A DNA stretch of 64,000 bases from a virus, in the IMG/VR virus record IMGVR_UViG_3300030103_003222, positions 18,762 through 82,761 of that record. One strand, written 5' to 3'. The notes under the pieces were generated by a model, which saw only the letters and a program-made list of their open reading frames with translations, made no database searches and was not told the origin of the DNA. Shown in pieces: positions 37,101 through 42,766 of the stretch. Numbering within the stretch: position 1 is the stretch's first letter; every line of letters begins with the position of its first letter. The translations under genes were made by a program, and so were the position numbers.

Positions 37101-38953
37101 CCAACGCCAATTATGCTGTGGGTAATGGCACTGGACCATTGGTCGCGTATGAGACTCAGACGTTGATTGCGAAGGGTGGAAGCAACAGCGACCAAACGCT
37201 GAAGCCGACATACGCCGGTATCATGGAGCGACAGACCAACTTCAGTGCCATGCTCGGTCCCGACAAGGCTGAGTGGCAGGTTCGCTACAGTGACGGTCGC
37301 CGCATGACTCGCTCATTCGGTTGCCCTGTGCGCACCATTCGCAACGGTAGCGGCGCTCCGCGCGATTGGTGGGGTGACAGTGCCGGTTTGGGCATCTCCA
37401 CGATTGATGCTGCTGTCGGGTATTACCTCGTTGACTGGTGGGGCAACACGCGTGGTGAAGACATTCGACGTGCCCCGGTGCGAGGCTTTGGTATTCGCCC
37501 AGCATGGGACGCGGGTGATGCGTATGAGTATGACCGCACCAACGGCCGCACGCCCTACGCTCGGCTCTATAACAACGGCAAACCGATTGTCAACCTCAAG
37601 GGTATTGCTGACAGCAGCGGTGACGTGCTGAGCAGTCCTACCGCCGTCGTGCCTCGCTTTGGCGGTCGAGTCAACAACACCAACAACAAAAGCACAACAA
37701 CGCTGGTTGACGTTTTCGCTCCCACCAACGCACTACGCGTGGGTGATATGGGTGGTGGTCGTGGTGTCCGTTATCCAACGCAGTTTAACGAAGACGTGCT
37801 GGTCGAAATCAGCGACGTGTATCAAGCGTCAGGTGTTGTCTTGTCAGGTAACACTGCTGAGCCTGCCTTTGGTCAAGGACTCATCCGTCCGCTTGACAGC
37901 GTGGTGCAACCTGACGAAATCAAGCGCGGCATCAGCCGTCGTCTTGGTGTTGACGAGGATGGTTTGCTGAAACCCGATGCCGTCGTCAGCGACCGAGTCG
38001 AAAGCGTCACTGGCACCAGCGTCCACAAGGATGCGGTGTCGCGCTCATCTCCTCGCATCGGTATTGACGGTGAGACGACTGAATCGCTGTTCAACGGTGT
38101 TTCGACAGACATGGTCGCCATTAACAGCGAAGCCCACAGCCTACACACTGACCTCGGCGTGGGGCAGCGAATTGTGCTTGAAGGCGGTATGCAGGCTGGC
38201 TCACAGACGCTTGGCGACTATGACCTGACGGCTCTGTCCTTCGCTGGTCAACCGCATGGTGGTGTCATGCGATTTACGCACACAAGCAACATCAAACCAA
38301 GTGGCGGCACCTATGTCCTTGAGTCGCGCTCTTTCGCTGCGCCGTTTGATGACACAGGATGGGGACGCTCAGGCTCCGGTAGCACCAGCAACCCGTTCCA
38401 AACCACAACTGCGACGTCTGCTCCGCACAACCTGACAGCCACCAAGGTCACGTTCATGCTGCGCCCAGTTCGACTGCTTGACAACCAACACGTTGCTGTC
38501 TTCCGTAGTCCACGTAATCTCGGCGGCTCGACACCTCAAGACGGCGGCACGGCTTACGGCGCGACTGCGGGTGGAAAATATGGTCTGTTCACGTATGAGG
38601 CGACGGACGCGACATCAACGAACTACGTGCGCACGACCATGCCTGACGGTGACGCTCCGTATCACCCGGTCTACTTGATGGAGAGTAGTAGCGACACGGT
38701 GCCTGTCTCCAAGGGTCCGAAACTACCGGGCACTGCTGTCGCTGGTTTTGACAGCGACTCGCTCAAGAGCGTGGTCACACGACTCGTTGTCAGTGAGAAC
38801 ACGCTACAGCACTTCCGTAGCGACGCACCTCGTCGCAGCCTTTCCAAGAAGGACTTCTCAGTCAAGCCTCGGTTCAGTCAATCGTTGCACAGCAAGGGGC
38901 ATAAAGGAGATGTGGACTACGGTGCATCAGACCACAGCGGTGACGCATCATGA
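22112..38953 (+). CDS. Giant (5613 aa) tail/baseplate protein with an N-terminal LamG/concanavalin-like domain
   Basis: 'ALLFDGVTDSV', 'FAIEAWVTP', 'HLVAG...VVLFVNG' and 'FIGGHGGQFRGIIESLHIS' indicate LamG. The ORF is an uninterrupted 16.8 kb and S/T/G-rich. GAGGTGA RBS. Confidence 0.85.
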   Translation: MPIMLQSNHALLFDGVTDSVIIPQGRNSRVGEKSEQGDIVSTNLLGEDLSGERGQGLIGDLFDRGFAIEAWVTPDCGGRVVQKDGQFLLSVGDVDTPGPAVFELNVVSDVGLEKVILRTAVETTAGYDGTVYPVNTFGGVDDAFNRFNSDDDGTALTLSQRPLLHLVAGVREGKVVLFVNGVLMASQELSQEFVLNSSNEPVFIGGHGGQFRGIIESLHISSAFSDEMTTRSAPLVSSRTACLMRFEEPISPISGTYTFSSIGSSSGLSTLNIGTTTAASLASALTGKTQTSGTVDFTKTPYSTGDYSVVDFTTSPGTKRTHLVPHVPFNLLINPGAVKRSTMKPNQSPPERVRLLSIDLGAGTALVSSVHLDFVNSTHDSRDVPSLHDGLRPVLHSRSSATGDDYFVVITGDSLIENGSGRPYQPPHFSTQIVDRTGQMVLDEGHFEQHGIVYSDRMATTASDSDNPFAVTWPSTLDASFQVGHSGRHTLNHVQGHHYLRQMADPQEEILDQRIDAADVLTLIYDAASKGIDKQFPMNSRVDYYRELGTLPLLTVVSSSTAYEEVDNGLTGASRDLIAIGGLSGGLRFDPSPFFLKGPVPEDYANVDAELRKHHLRPSATSRIAVLEVSGLSSYGMSPYVEIHYNAIDLTGASMGKTAPMLMVEKTIPAANTLLSGSTYVLDVIETALSSGATLHAPGGVISFGAPSDSAMSQFFASNTLMGDNSEGFESDDELDERFTPQNYSTIVANQPRKPPQNIAASHTTATHESQFNRLVIQQIDAPTETFTNRRAVHTDHTSPSNGQFDVGRTASASNVHEMFDIIDNHAVLSPNVKARYFVQPSNRTRTRQLTYARGAFTRPDDFNVAKVMLLMSPMRLRSVAEDESDEGSRATIVRCVGMNADAMTRDVSEIGSGSPNSHVVKEIEPNAPVVTVTLGGVGQGAYDTKPTFDPSPMARLPYSTRRGYSVYATSARVDLSASPQNFLNVVALNNDTDDLKTWATYPFPKKGRIYLKTGASAEYANKTGVSFHFANASIGSGTYVLSDGREVASFHEWVVGSGLIPQASSLSGTNSDVYPLGEVILGDGHFFAENAADDGTTVNDRMFQSMDNVTHDYQLGTQFASTRALVEIPLFNAQFFENVSEGVLPGPDNSLKLHVDPTMTAHTWNPSPVGRRFPEKAPSDRSARGAYAYAAENSEQVRGATIIHKAEIVSGKYRLYVDKPEIFPAAVTSAGAFSYVTNVVRYRRAFLSNGEWVIYENDPAANGFLRFEDEDWSTSENFLRDYEVGHSLMTAGGYESEALVPMESDILTSSSAMERRSEYYHDSASVKTQGGNVDYGLRQYVSAVEFKAGPKSNPHANRTVAKRASGTVLSVTPLGTTANFGGLVLLTFSEEDFAKFPKVPVPTDTNNLITFTTGDYHYELTVPSPDGSIRRFIYWGSAANVGLRSSDMTPENLGTSIVVQPVFTALAATTPNYLLATSADFIAGEKATLTKRSFDIGFSVNPVDVALETTLNISDSFRPGGTGVRKSWTVANVASTSSMTVTNTSSLFLQSNTLGLTVKVNDYLYAETNTGSAVTVVRYLGRVTAIADYSASSSLPLTITLDGSMTSATQSNINSEIAGGSLTIHLRVGCHDVMKNDDEAVLNRQWLSPYAQGGLRHGDTVWANMTYNNPHAVEGMFAKSRGVFNEALVWTGFNDGDGSLTTSARTSIPLENFLIGDSCLETAQNYAQHVNKTIELNYTNLGLSTDLAPKVAFVDPYLANEEHARVLLYDVAHDREFVAFQDLHMQVQTSAKVAEIGWQREFTATNIVDSSTEIDLVPYSIGFNGASQHAFLTQIDVAAGFLSQNKYARSTIRSRFMESAYAHDIANHVAISLLNPIASGTAPTNIVRSLTNVTRIAQFGKAHGHFVHTGYHKAGPFGNRSLGDSILPRTTDGSAIPYWADKMHTYTRTSFSDTGSFLLKLREHRESVTGASFRDPSTLFDTPDGTRVVPAFLALKGIRSEALSLTTHDEARLQHLKQWTDMDFTRRLTIDLGEVGARIGGTSILAAANEVVRLINQAGAKQGRTHARRPSEQYPGESESLDLTRVGARAADGIRDPASSHINADFAATGSTHDPAVWWDEDKAFESHDKGTHMGYVRAHIGRIVQDTNGNEGFSIVVHSTVPGATGRNFCVWLDNSKGQSRYTPKFLIGHGGRYRTFWCQPDELSGENMHPAPMPLNKHGRPFAPVTTLQGYVVPDDSGVEFKASSDFAPRGDETSDPVMRAVSMATGSGQSHNTVNTESLEVEGFNTSYVTGLRTGTNAVARVNFGGLAASGVPGFAPDAGKWGFGRKGDVRIAERYGPAKDTSASSTAATTYSSYVPSTDVREEAIGNAPLYAFRFIDHRGVGHGIRFIYRSMGESFALDETLLPSTIDDEIAVFIDDRDVGQGGFTIGKHMHGIGDATGRFGAAGTNTSLMSWRGNRWNPVPSPSAAYDCNAAYDSSSNKITVTLQAPYNACPHFDVLGYMGFPLSQGLLQLSDPFVDSSMNGSQGHVFSYTHRTREGSSGTHVFHGIQGSTFTPSHTHSGGSVSANSSSVFGTGSINIRALISSTVNWTTLVTDELLAAITAAAINLADPNVDEGVPFDCRDMFASDGRTFGEWGVAEDAIRIRAFNTAGGGIRPLSDFFSASLHRDFAIQSAHVEFGDIEEIEVDNGGISLPSTSRAATDASIDNGLRAECGYLPFTVLQVFTKSKGSNSNTASPVLVDSRNNPVDPDEWHRRLIGYTFTANAGDHVLPRVDNPSVLLLAAEVTSDPIQLTTNQVWHFAQPAGEEGTSISSKTKIASFGSVSNLHVQNGDVLVTSQNGANSKTHLSLVTGTKTSTFPASDPASNAVAQRFGDTARAFRTAGSRVLGSVFSRPMLFFRGGRDSIDHSVPLFFGGGFSGVTLDINDGTKNDYSEFFTHPYAAGPTGVAGVQHANEFLSSYSMLDCNAMMAFFPGTPLLNQHRGNINPPFFNSENMLTPDLKRGTQGHHSDYPAPYSSGVKVQVPIPLVLRFAHPTARYSDHSGTTDSKTTYLIFGPGQAFPFTAQTATPDNSSEPHPGRALTVGNTWSKVPTHTSGKQFLHNHITNSTVGFLPELHSTQVNRYRTHWRQTMNWEPAQGKSNATRLFQRPESGRFYGEMFTSNGVLNSTSLADYRTAHPLRHAVFMGFGMASNSDWCFHMDGGYHPGGSWLDNQLTFNPPHPNDNSRVAKSGVAGNELHPSAFRVAAPLANRVLYGSSASFASDTIESDDVELEYIAVDATKCQNGEEMAALLGSAINSFPGAGALKAMGGTFLPSMGTSNRQDRYGWVEVTGVVAYFLSGEDTAANVKTNAIKDNFMTLAFSSQILAEQVPESGWLRTSADFDNGVDSNSDSAAFAPYHSRIVKLDTSSSQYHVTFYLGSNRIAGSKAFESLKTWKDYLDTGVAAGNEVVPNVSSATKVYVWTKAGVHRWDNSGRLEGYSQVHFSGLVDAIDRTRPVGLPGWHGERYSYLNTLAVSGAYSAGLGAWHPSLGFSPFGGSMGCASVLGHLPHIAPMPNSPESGLPNDGSNGAADFPDADTPNGPNYDADDDGDQSYSASFVDGSGNNSPPLTTFDENVHKDLQHAQGVYARAMLVVAHESELALVAKRDRDGIKCVGDWLRSKDASSITLAGTTRWDDRIHGQDRFIATANAGPNIEALIVDDTALPTVSSPTAASGLVASPFNAEFFLHTAVSADTELENAEPCRKPTGDLFLDIDKSIGSFYSASAGAQRNIMDHFYEAGSNNPMGGLWGGNTQKNSYWMGDVNGYEMFKRSPAKNFSIEHIVWKRMDGGSLSLPAMNARGLGAVPWVSRVDGSNAYTTGEKLLGNVRFSFETTNSAMMPIMRAHELGHPQLAVDPPVELRDVLEIPNEEMQFDDMVVVDDTGQSHTLNGGSPLGVVIRAFRSSGERLASGLAPSVAGAGLEPNMTIRLPDSNAIPGNILVRSGFDRVQAYQTETMGDGGMMSNPQGLGQLFDGLTGPFGAPVLSEAGWEHIDKAGLDSTSSKWDAATSDKPLSSAYELHDRTLFFHVTKMGHSHTDRYPTTYTHSGGLQNQALTVSSYASSTAILTASASITTAIFDADFATKEVMDEGSGKRRRFLRLATATDSVVVSYTGISGATFTGVVGDIDFDQFLLDNPPASSTINVTPSYYVPAGSTRFFAARRLRDHAEVSGNSPDMAHTHYLNGNADTTGYARYSVPRMTPMPYPRMGHHFVNATMPMLPGHWAHPAYQGLYSGHEAERRATLRDPDYIRLLDHTDLDDATFDSNVSDYLHPLNPQIRIGSLTATPSGPSDIHGGAFTLMFETKVRFDGYGVLASKGTAGDMNKLGGHSIVLEAGGNYTQDGHFPDPAEVGAYQIVIQPNLHETQIAGFHHNNSTTTALPNGSKRALTAQQIHLVVGIKYDSERGGSPIGGATLILAEATLADVRGCEIFVNEVILDHDPDHGSHFTNIPPMLLYNPLGVQGSESPTFTRRTQPYHPGMFEDSTPGHTLNIPWWSIFHKVAPDDSSSTGFRHLALYRIDNFYQFCRASSGAVAAQLTLAGYPSISPDIYSDVMANVSLSPKCTVTGSGSGYIEVDDASFFPNKPAYGERLHYVDASGNDKFITYTQRSGTTANAATMNQPDRFVTSASSPGDGTVLRLTRPYSERMTDTLFTHSKSSVLTRIMPQMLPGSRDTNSLYTADAFLCMWHHNLGRPHTFYSDSPRTWGGTTTDRAINKAAYNGMPEHFETVHYHAVNYAASHGPFHLDFKTPKPAQHLSGTFSSVSGSPSTLVFGADVSGDGLVGKVLFTDGRVIGTVASVSTTDVTLTGDILYTPAASTTVYVGADGSVDTAANIHAMTGYQAQGGTSTMLTHYWPCGSRGGPLVSRLDGYAAWAAGWHVPRQYSSGGGKHWVDDDDSGSYSVSSGLSDGSLVASRTYPFGYRFGLRQPWNRPQWGFYGMRAHREEGLFSGSPANANYAVGNGTGPLVAYETQTLIAKGGSNSDQTLKPTYAGIMERQTNFSAMLGPDKAEWQVRYSDGRRMTRSFGCPVRTIRNGSGAPRDWWGDSAGLGISTIDAAVGYYLVDWWGNTRGEDIRRAPVRGFGIRPAWDAGDAYEYDRTNGRTPYARLYNNGKPIVNLKGIADSSGDVLSSPTAVVPRFGGRVNNTNNKSTTTLVDVFAPTNALRVGDMGGGRGVRYPTQFNEDVLVEISDVYQASGVVLSGNTAEPAFGQGLIRPLDSVVQPDEIKRGISRRLGVDEDGLLKPDAVVSDRVESVTGTSVHKDAVSRSSPRIGIDGETTESLFNGVSTDMVAINSEAHSLHTDLGVGQRIVLEGGMQAGSQTLGDYDLTALSFAGQPHGGVMRFTHTSNIKPSGGTYVLESRSFAAPFDDTGWGRSGSGSTSNPFQTTTATSAPHNLTATKVTFMLRPVRLLDNQHVAVFRSPRNLGGSTPQDGGTAYGATAGGKYGLFTYEATDATSTNYVRTTMPDGDAPYHPVYLMESSSDTVPVSKGPKLPGTAVAGFDSDSLKSVVTRLVVSENTLQHFRSDAPRRSLSKKDFSVKPRFSQSLHSKGHKGDVDYGASDHSGDAS

Positions 38954-40167
38954 GTCAAGAACCCATGACCGATGCTGAATATCAGCAGTGGTTGCAGGGG
39001 CAAATTGCCTCTACCATGCGGCCGGGGTTCCAAATGCGTGAGGGCCAGCAATTAACGCTCAATGATTTGTTTGGTGTGCAACCGGCTGACGACAATTTCA
39101 ATCTGAGAACATTTGCGAGTGGGGAAAATCCTAACGCGTGGTGGTTTGACAACCGACCTCCTAACGCTCAGAGTTCGCGAGGACCTACCGACCACAGGGG
39201 GAAAATCGCACAAGCCATGCGGTCCTCCATGTATGCTGAAAACGCCACAAGAGTGCCCACCGCTCAACCAGTGGAAAACACGCGCAGACCCGTCGCCATT
39301 GTGGAGCGCAGAACCCCGAAAACACTCAGCCCCCGTGACCATGACGGTGTGAGGCATGCTTGGAATCCTGACCAATACATTAGGAGTTTCAGACTGGTGG
39401 ACGATGATGGAAAAACGCTGTCTGTTATTGATGATGGTGGGTATAGGCAACCGGGACGCGGACATCAAGAAGCGATTCGGGGCTTTAGCGGTCAAACGTT
39501 TGGTCCCATGCGTAGAGGCCACTACCGCAATTTGATGGAAGGTTTGATTCGTCACGGACTCAATGTTCGCTCAAATGACCGCAACTCGATGTCGCATCCG
39601 TTCCACACCAAGTTGCAGCGAACACTCCCTCCTGACATGACCGTTGAAGCGAGAATGTTTCGCGGCGACGGAGATGTCGAACACTATGATGAAGGAGAAT
39701 ATGACCCTTCAGATGTAAGCACAGATGACGTTTTGCTCTATGAACGAATCATCCCATCCTCACCTGAAAACTGGGGCGACCTGAGCGGCCCAACACGCAG
39801 CCAATTCCCGCTCTTTGTGCAACACAGAGAGCGTCCGCCTTATCATGAGCACCCCGAGTCGGAGAAATCGCAACAAACGCAGTTGTTTGCCCCGAGACGA
39901 CCAATCGGCGTATCACCGTCTACGTGGGCGGCCACAAATCGAACTGAGCGTAGGAAACAGGCTGAGCGCGATTTGAGAGAGCGCATGGACAGATGGTTTA
40001 GCCGGCAACAGCAGGGGGAGCAGGCGCTACGGCAGGGCGGCGTCTCGCTGGACGAAACATTGGATTTGGGTCTGTTGCCCGGAATAAGCCAACCACCGAT
40101 GCCTCGAATGGAGTATGAAACAAACCCTCGCTTCGTAGGTGTTAAATCTACACCTGATGTGATGTGA
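38950..40167 (+). CDS. Hypothetical protein (405 aa), possible GNAT-like fold in the centre
   Basis: ATGA overlap with the giant gene. 'MRRGHYRNLMEGLIRHG...SNDRNSMSHPFHTKL' resembles GNAT motifs A/B. Confidence 0.55.
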   Translation: MSQEPMTDAEYQQWLQGQIASTMRPGFQMREGQQLTLNDLFGVQPADDNFNLRTFASGENPNAWWFDNRPPNAQSSRGPTDHRGKIAQAMRSSMYAENATRVPTAQPVENTRRPVAIVERRTPKTLSPRDHDGVRHAWNPDQYIRSFRLVDDDGKTLSVIDDGGYRQPGRGHQEAIRGFSGQTFGPMRRGHYRNLMEGLIRHGLNVRSNDRNSMSHPFHTKLQRTLPPDMTVEARMFRGDGDVEHYDEGEYDPSDVSTDDVLLYERIIPSSPENWGDLSGPTRSQFPLFVQHRERPPYHEHPESEKSQQTQLFAPRRPIGVSPSTWAATNRTERRKQAERDLRERMDRWFSRQQQGEQALRQGGVSLDETLDLGLLPGISQPPMPRMEYETNPRFVGVKSTPDVM

Positions 40168-41015
40168 CCATGCGCGTGACCATCTACGAAGTCGGACCTC
40201 GTGATGGGCTACAGTCGCTGCCACATGTCGTGCCTGTTGAACAGCGGCGGCAACTCATTTCATCGCTCTATAACGCAGGCTTGCAGCACGTCGAAGAGGT
40301 GTCTTTTGTCCACCCCAAATTGCTACCGCAGATGGCTAATGCAGAGGACGTCTACAGCGGTAAGGGCGATGCCCTTGTGCTCAACAAGCGGGGTCATGAG
40401 CGAGCCGTCGCTGCGGGTGTTGAGCGCATCAACATCGTGCTTTCGCCTTGTGAGTCGTTCTGCATCAACAACATGGGTCGCAGGTATGACGAATTGGTGT
40501 TGAACTATCGGACGTTTATGCAAGACGTTCCGAAGGACAAGGTGCGTGTCTACCTATCCATGGCGTTCGGCAGTCCTGACAGCGGCGTGTTTGATGCTCG
40601 CACGCTGCGTCGCTGCATCAGCGATGCCAAAATGTTCGGTGACACCATCGTGTTCGCAGACACCGTCGGCGTGGGCACAGCCAACGACGTTTGGGAAATG
40701 TCGCGCTTAGCGCAAGACTACGGTATGCGTCCCGCCTTGCATCTGCATCATCGTGGTGATGAGGGTAAGCCGCTCACGCTCGTGCGTGCGGGGATTCTCG
40801 CAGGTATCAGCGAGTTTGACGCCAGTATCGGTGGGCTGGGAGGATGCCCATTCGCAAGGGGAGGTGGGGCAAACATCGCCACTGAATCATTGGCTCGTCA
40901 TCTTCACGCTTGGGGTCTTGAGACTGGTCTTGACAGTCGGGCATTGAGGAGTGCAGCGGCTCTTGCCTTTACCATGAAGCATCCACAGCCGCAGATAACA
41001 GAGGCGCACTGCTAA
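40164..41015 (+). CDS. Hydroxymethylglutaryl-CoA lyase family (DRE-TIM metallolyase); start may be ATG 40170
   Basis: 'IYEVGPRDGLQS', 'SFVHPKLLPQMA', 'ADTVGVG', 'LHLH' and 'DASIGGLGGCPFA...NIATE': the hallmark HMGL motifs are all present. Confidence 0.9.
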   Translation: MTMRVTIYEVGPRDGLQSLPHVVPVEQRRQLISSLYNAGLQHVEEVSFVHPKLLPQMANAEDVYSGKGDALVLNKRGHERAVAAGVERINIVLSPCESFCINNMGRRYDELVLNYRTFMQDVPKDKVRVYLSMAFGSPDSGVFDARTLRRCISDAKMFGDTIVFADTVGVGTANDVWEMSRLAQDYGMRPALHLHHRGDEGKPLTLVRAGILAGISEFDASIGGLGGCPFARGGGANIATESLARHLHAWGLETGLDSRALRSAAALAFTMKHPQPQITEAHC

Positions 41016-41041
41016 AACGCACCACCGCTTGGGGTGAAGTG

Positions 41042-42424
41042 ATGGCTTACCTTGGCAGCAAGCGCAGGTCCAGCGACTATAACGCTGTGATGAAGCAAGT
41101 GCGCAAGCCGGTGTTTGTCGACAACGCCCTACACCTCGGTGAGTTCACTGCTCAAGGCGTTGACAAAACCAAGGTCACGGTGCGGCAGCGTAAGGCTGCA
41201 AACTACCCTATTGCGACAGAGCGCACCTTCACCATCGAAGAGGGACAGGACGAGATTACGCTCACGCACACTGGTGCACCGGGTCACTCGACGACCACTG
41301 CACGATATGACGACACAGCACCCATGCTCTACAGCAGTGAAAACCCATCGCAACGCCTACGCCTCGGCTCTACGCTCAGCACCACCGACGGTCTACGCAT
41401 GTCGGTGCGAAACAAGCGCGGCATGACGTTGAGCGAACTTGGCTTTGAAGGCGACACAGGACACGTCGCTTTCCCGTGCGATGCTGGCTTAAGAACTACG
41501 GACATGGCAATGCGACTTGGGCAGGACATTGACTCGCTCACGTCGGTCAACCTGACCGGTCCCCGCACTGCTCAGTCAGGTAACGCGCGCCGTCGTCACA
41601 GCACGACCTTCGTTGCGAAGAACTTCAAAGCCGTGAACCTGCTCACTGCGTTGCGTTTCCTCGGTCGGCACGACAACCGCGTTGCTTTGTTCGACCGCTT
41701 CGGCAACCTCATCTATGCGCCGTTCACTTACGGTGGACCCGGTCGCATCGTTGAGGCCAGTTTGCGCTCAGGCGGAGCCAACACTGACCCAACCGACGAA
41801 AGCGTCACTGCTGTAGCGGTTGTCGGTATTCCTTTGGCTGTGAACGAGAGAGCCTTTGCCAAAGTGCGAGACTCAGAGCGAGAAAGCGGGCGTGGAGCCA
41901 ACATCATCGAAGAACCGCAGCGCATCGAGGACTTCACCGTTAGCAGCAACGAGGGCGCCCGTCGTGTCGCGCGTGCGGTGCTCAAGGCCAACAACCTGAG
42001 CGCTGGCAAGAAGACCAGTGCAGGCCATCCTGACGCATTCGATTTGCGACCCGGTAGCGTCATCGAATATGAGAACGTCAAACGTGTGTTGACTGAAGTG
42101 AGGCACCGCCTGAGTTCCAACGAATCTGACCTCGTTTTCCTCAATGTGGACATCGGTATCGAGGGTGTGCTGCAGGGCATCAGTGAGGGTATAGGGAACG
42201 TCGACCTTGAGCCTGAGACGCAGGAGCAGGTCCGCGAACATGTGCTGTCACTGTTCGGAGATGTCAAAATTCGCTCCATTGCCATCGTCACGCTTAGGGG
42301 GCATGGCGATTCAGGTATGCTTGTGGGGCGTGCTATGGGTCGTGGCATCATCGGTGGCACGTCGTCATCGCAGACCATTGGTGGTAGCAAGACGCAGGCC
42401 ATTGTGTTGAGAGGTGAAAACTGA
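41042..42424 (+). CDS. Tail/baseplate hub-like protein (460 aa)
   Basis: 'LLTALRFLGRHDNRVALFDRFGNLIY', 'ARRVARAVL' and 'DLRPGSVI...LTEVRH' resemble hub/Tal-type proteins. GGGGTGA RBS. Confidence 0.6.
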   Translation: MAYLGSKRRSSDYNAVMKQVRKPVFVDNALHLGEFTAQGVDKTKVTVRQRKAANYPIATERTFTIEEGQDEITLTHTGAPGHSTTTARYDDTAPMLYSSENPSQRLRLGSTLSTTDGLRMSVRNKRGMTLSELGFEGDTGHVAFPCDAGLRTTDMAMRLGQDIDSLTSVNLTGPRTAQSGNARRRHSTTFVAKNFKAVNLLTALRFLGRHDNRVALFDRFGNLIYAPFTYGGPGRIVEASLRSGGANTDPTDESVTAVAVVGIPLAVNERAFAKVRDSERESGRGANIIEEPQRIEDFTVSSNEGARRVARAVLKANNLSAGKKTSAGHPDAFDLRPGSVIEYENVKRVLTEVRHRLSSNESDLVFLNVDIGIEGVLQGISEGIGNVDLEPETQEQVREHVLSLFGDVKIRSIAIVTLRGHGDSGMLVGRAMGRGIIGGTSSSQTIGGSKTQAIVLRGEN

Positions 42425-42765
42425 TGCCAGTGAGCGACCGACTGAAGCGTATGCTGCTTGAAACCATTGAGTCCAACATTGATGAAATGGTCATCGGCTT
42501 TGATGGCACACCGTCAACCAGTCAGGACGGGGCTGCGGGGCGACCTGCCATCGTCATCACACCCACAGTGCGTATCACCAGCGACAGCACTATTCTTGTC
42601 GAAGGCTTCATACCAGCGACCGAGTCATTCACGGACACGCTGAAGGAAGTCTTCGTTCAACTGCGCGGCACCAACCCCATCCCAATCGCTCGCCACACTA
42701 TCGCTCCAATCTTCAAAACGACCGGCAACGAAATGCGGATTCAAGTCATCATCGAGGTGAAGTGA
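42424..42765 (+). CDS. Small tail protein (113 aa)
   Basis: GAGGTGA RBS. Beta-rich, of the 'LKEV...IARHTIAPIFKT..EMRIQV' type found before tail fibres. Confidence 0.65.
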   Translation: MPVSDRLKRMLLETIESNIDEMVIGFDGTPSTSQDGAAGRPAIVITPTVRITSDSTILVEGFIPATESFTDTLKEVFVQLRGTNPIPIARHTIAPIFKTTGNEMRIQVIIEVK

Positions 42766-42766
42766 C

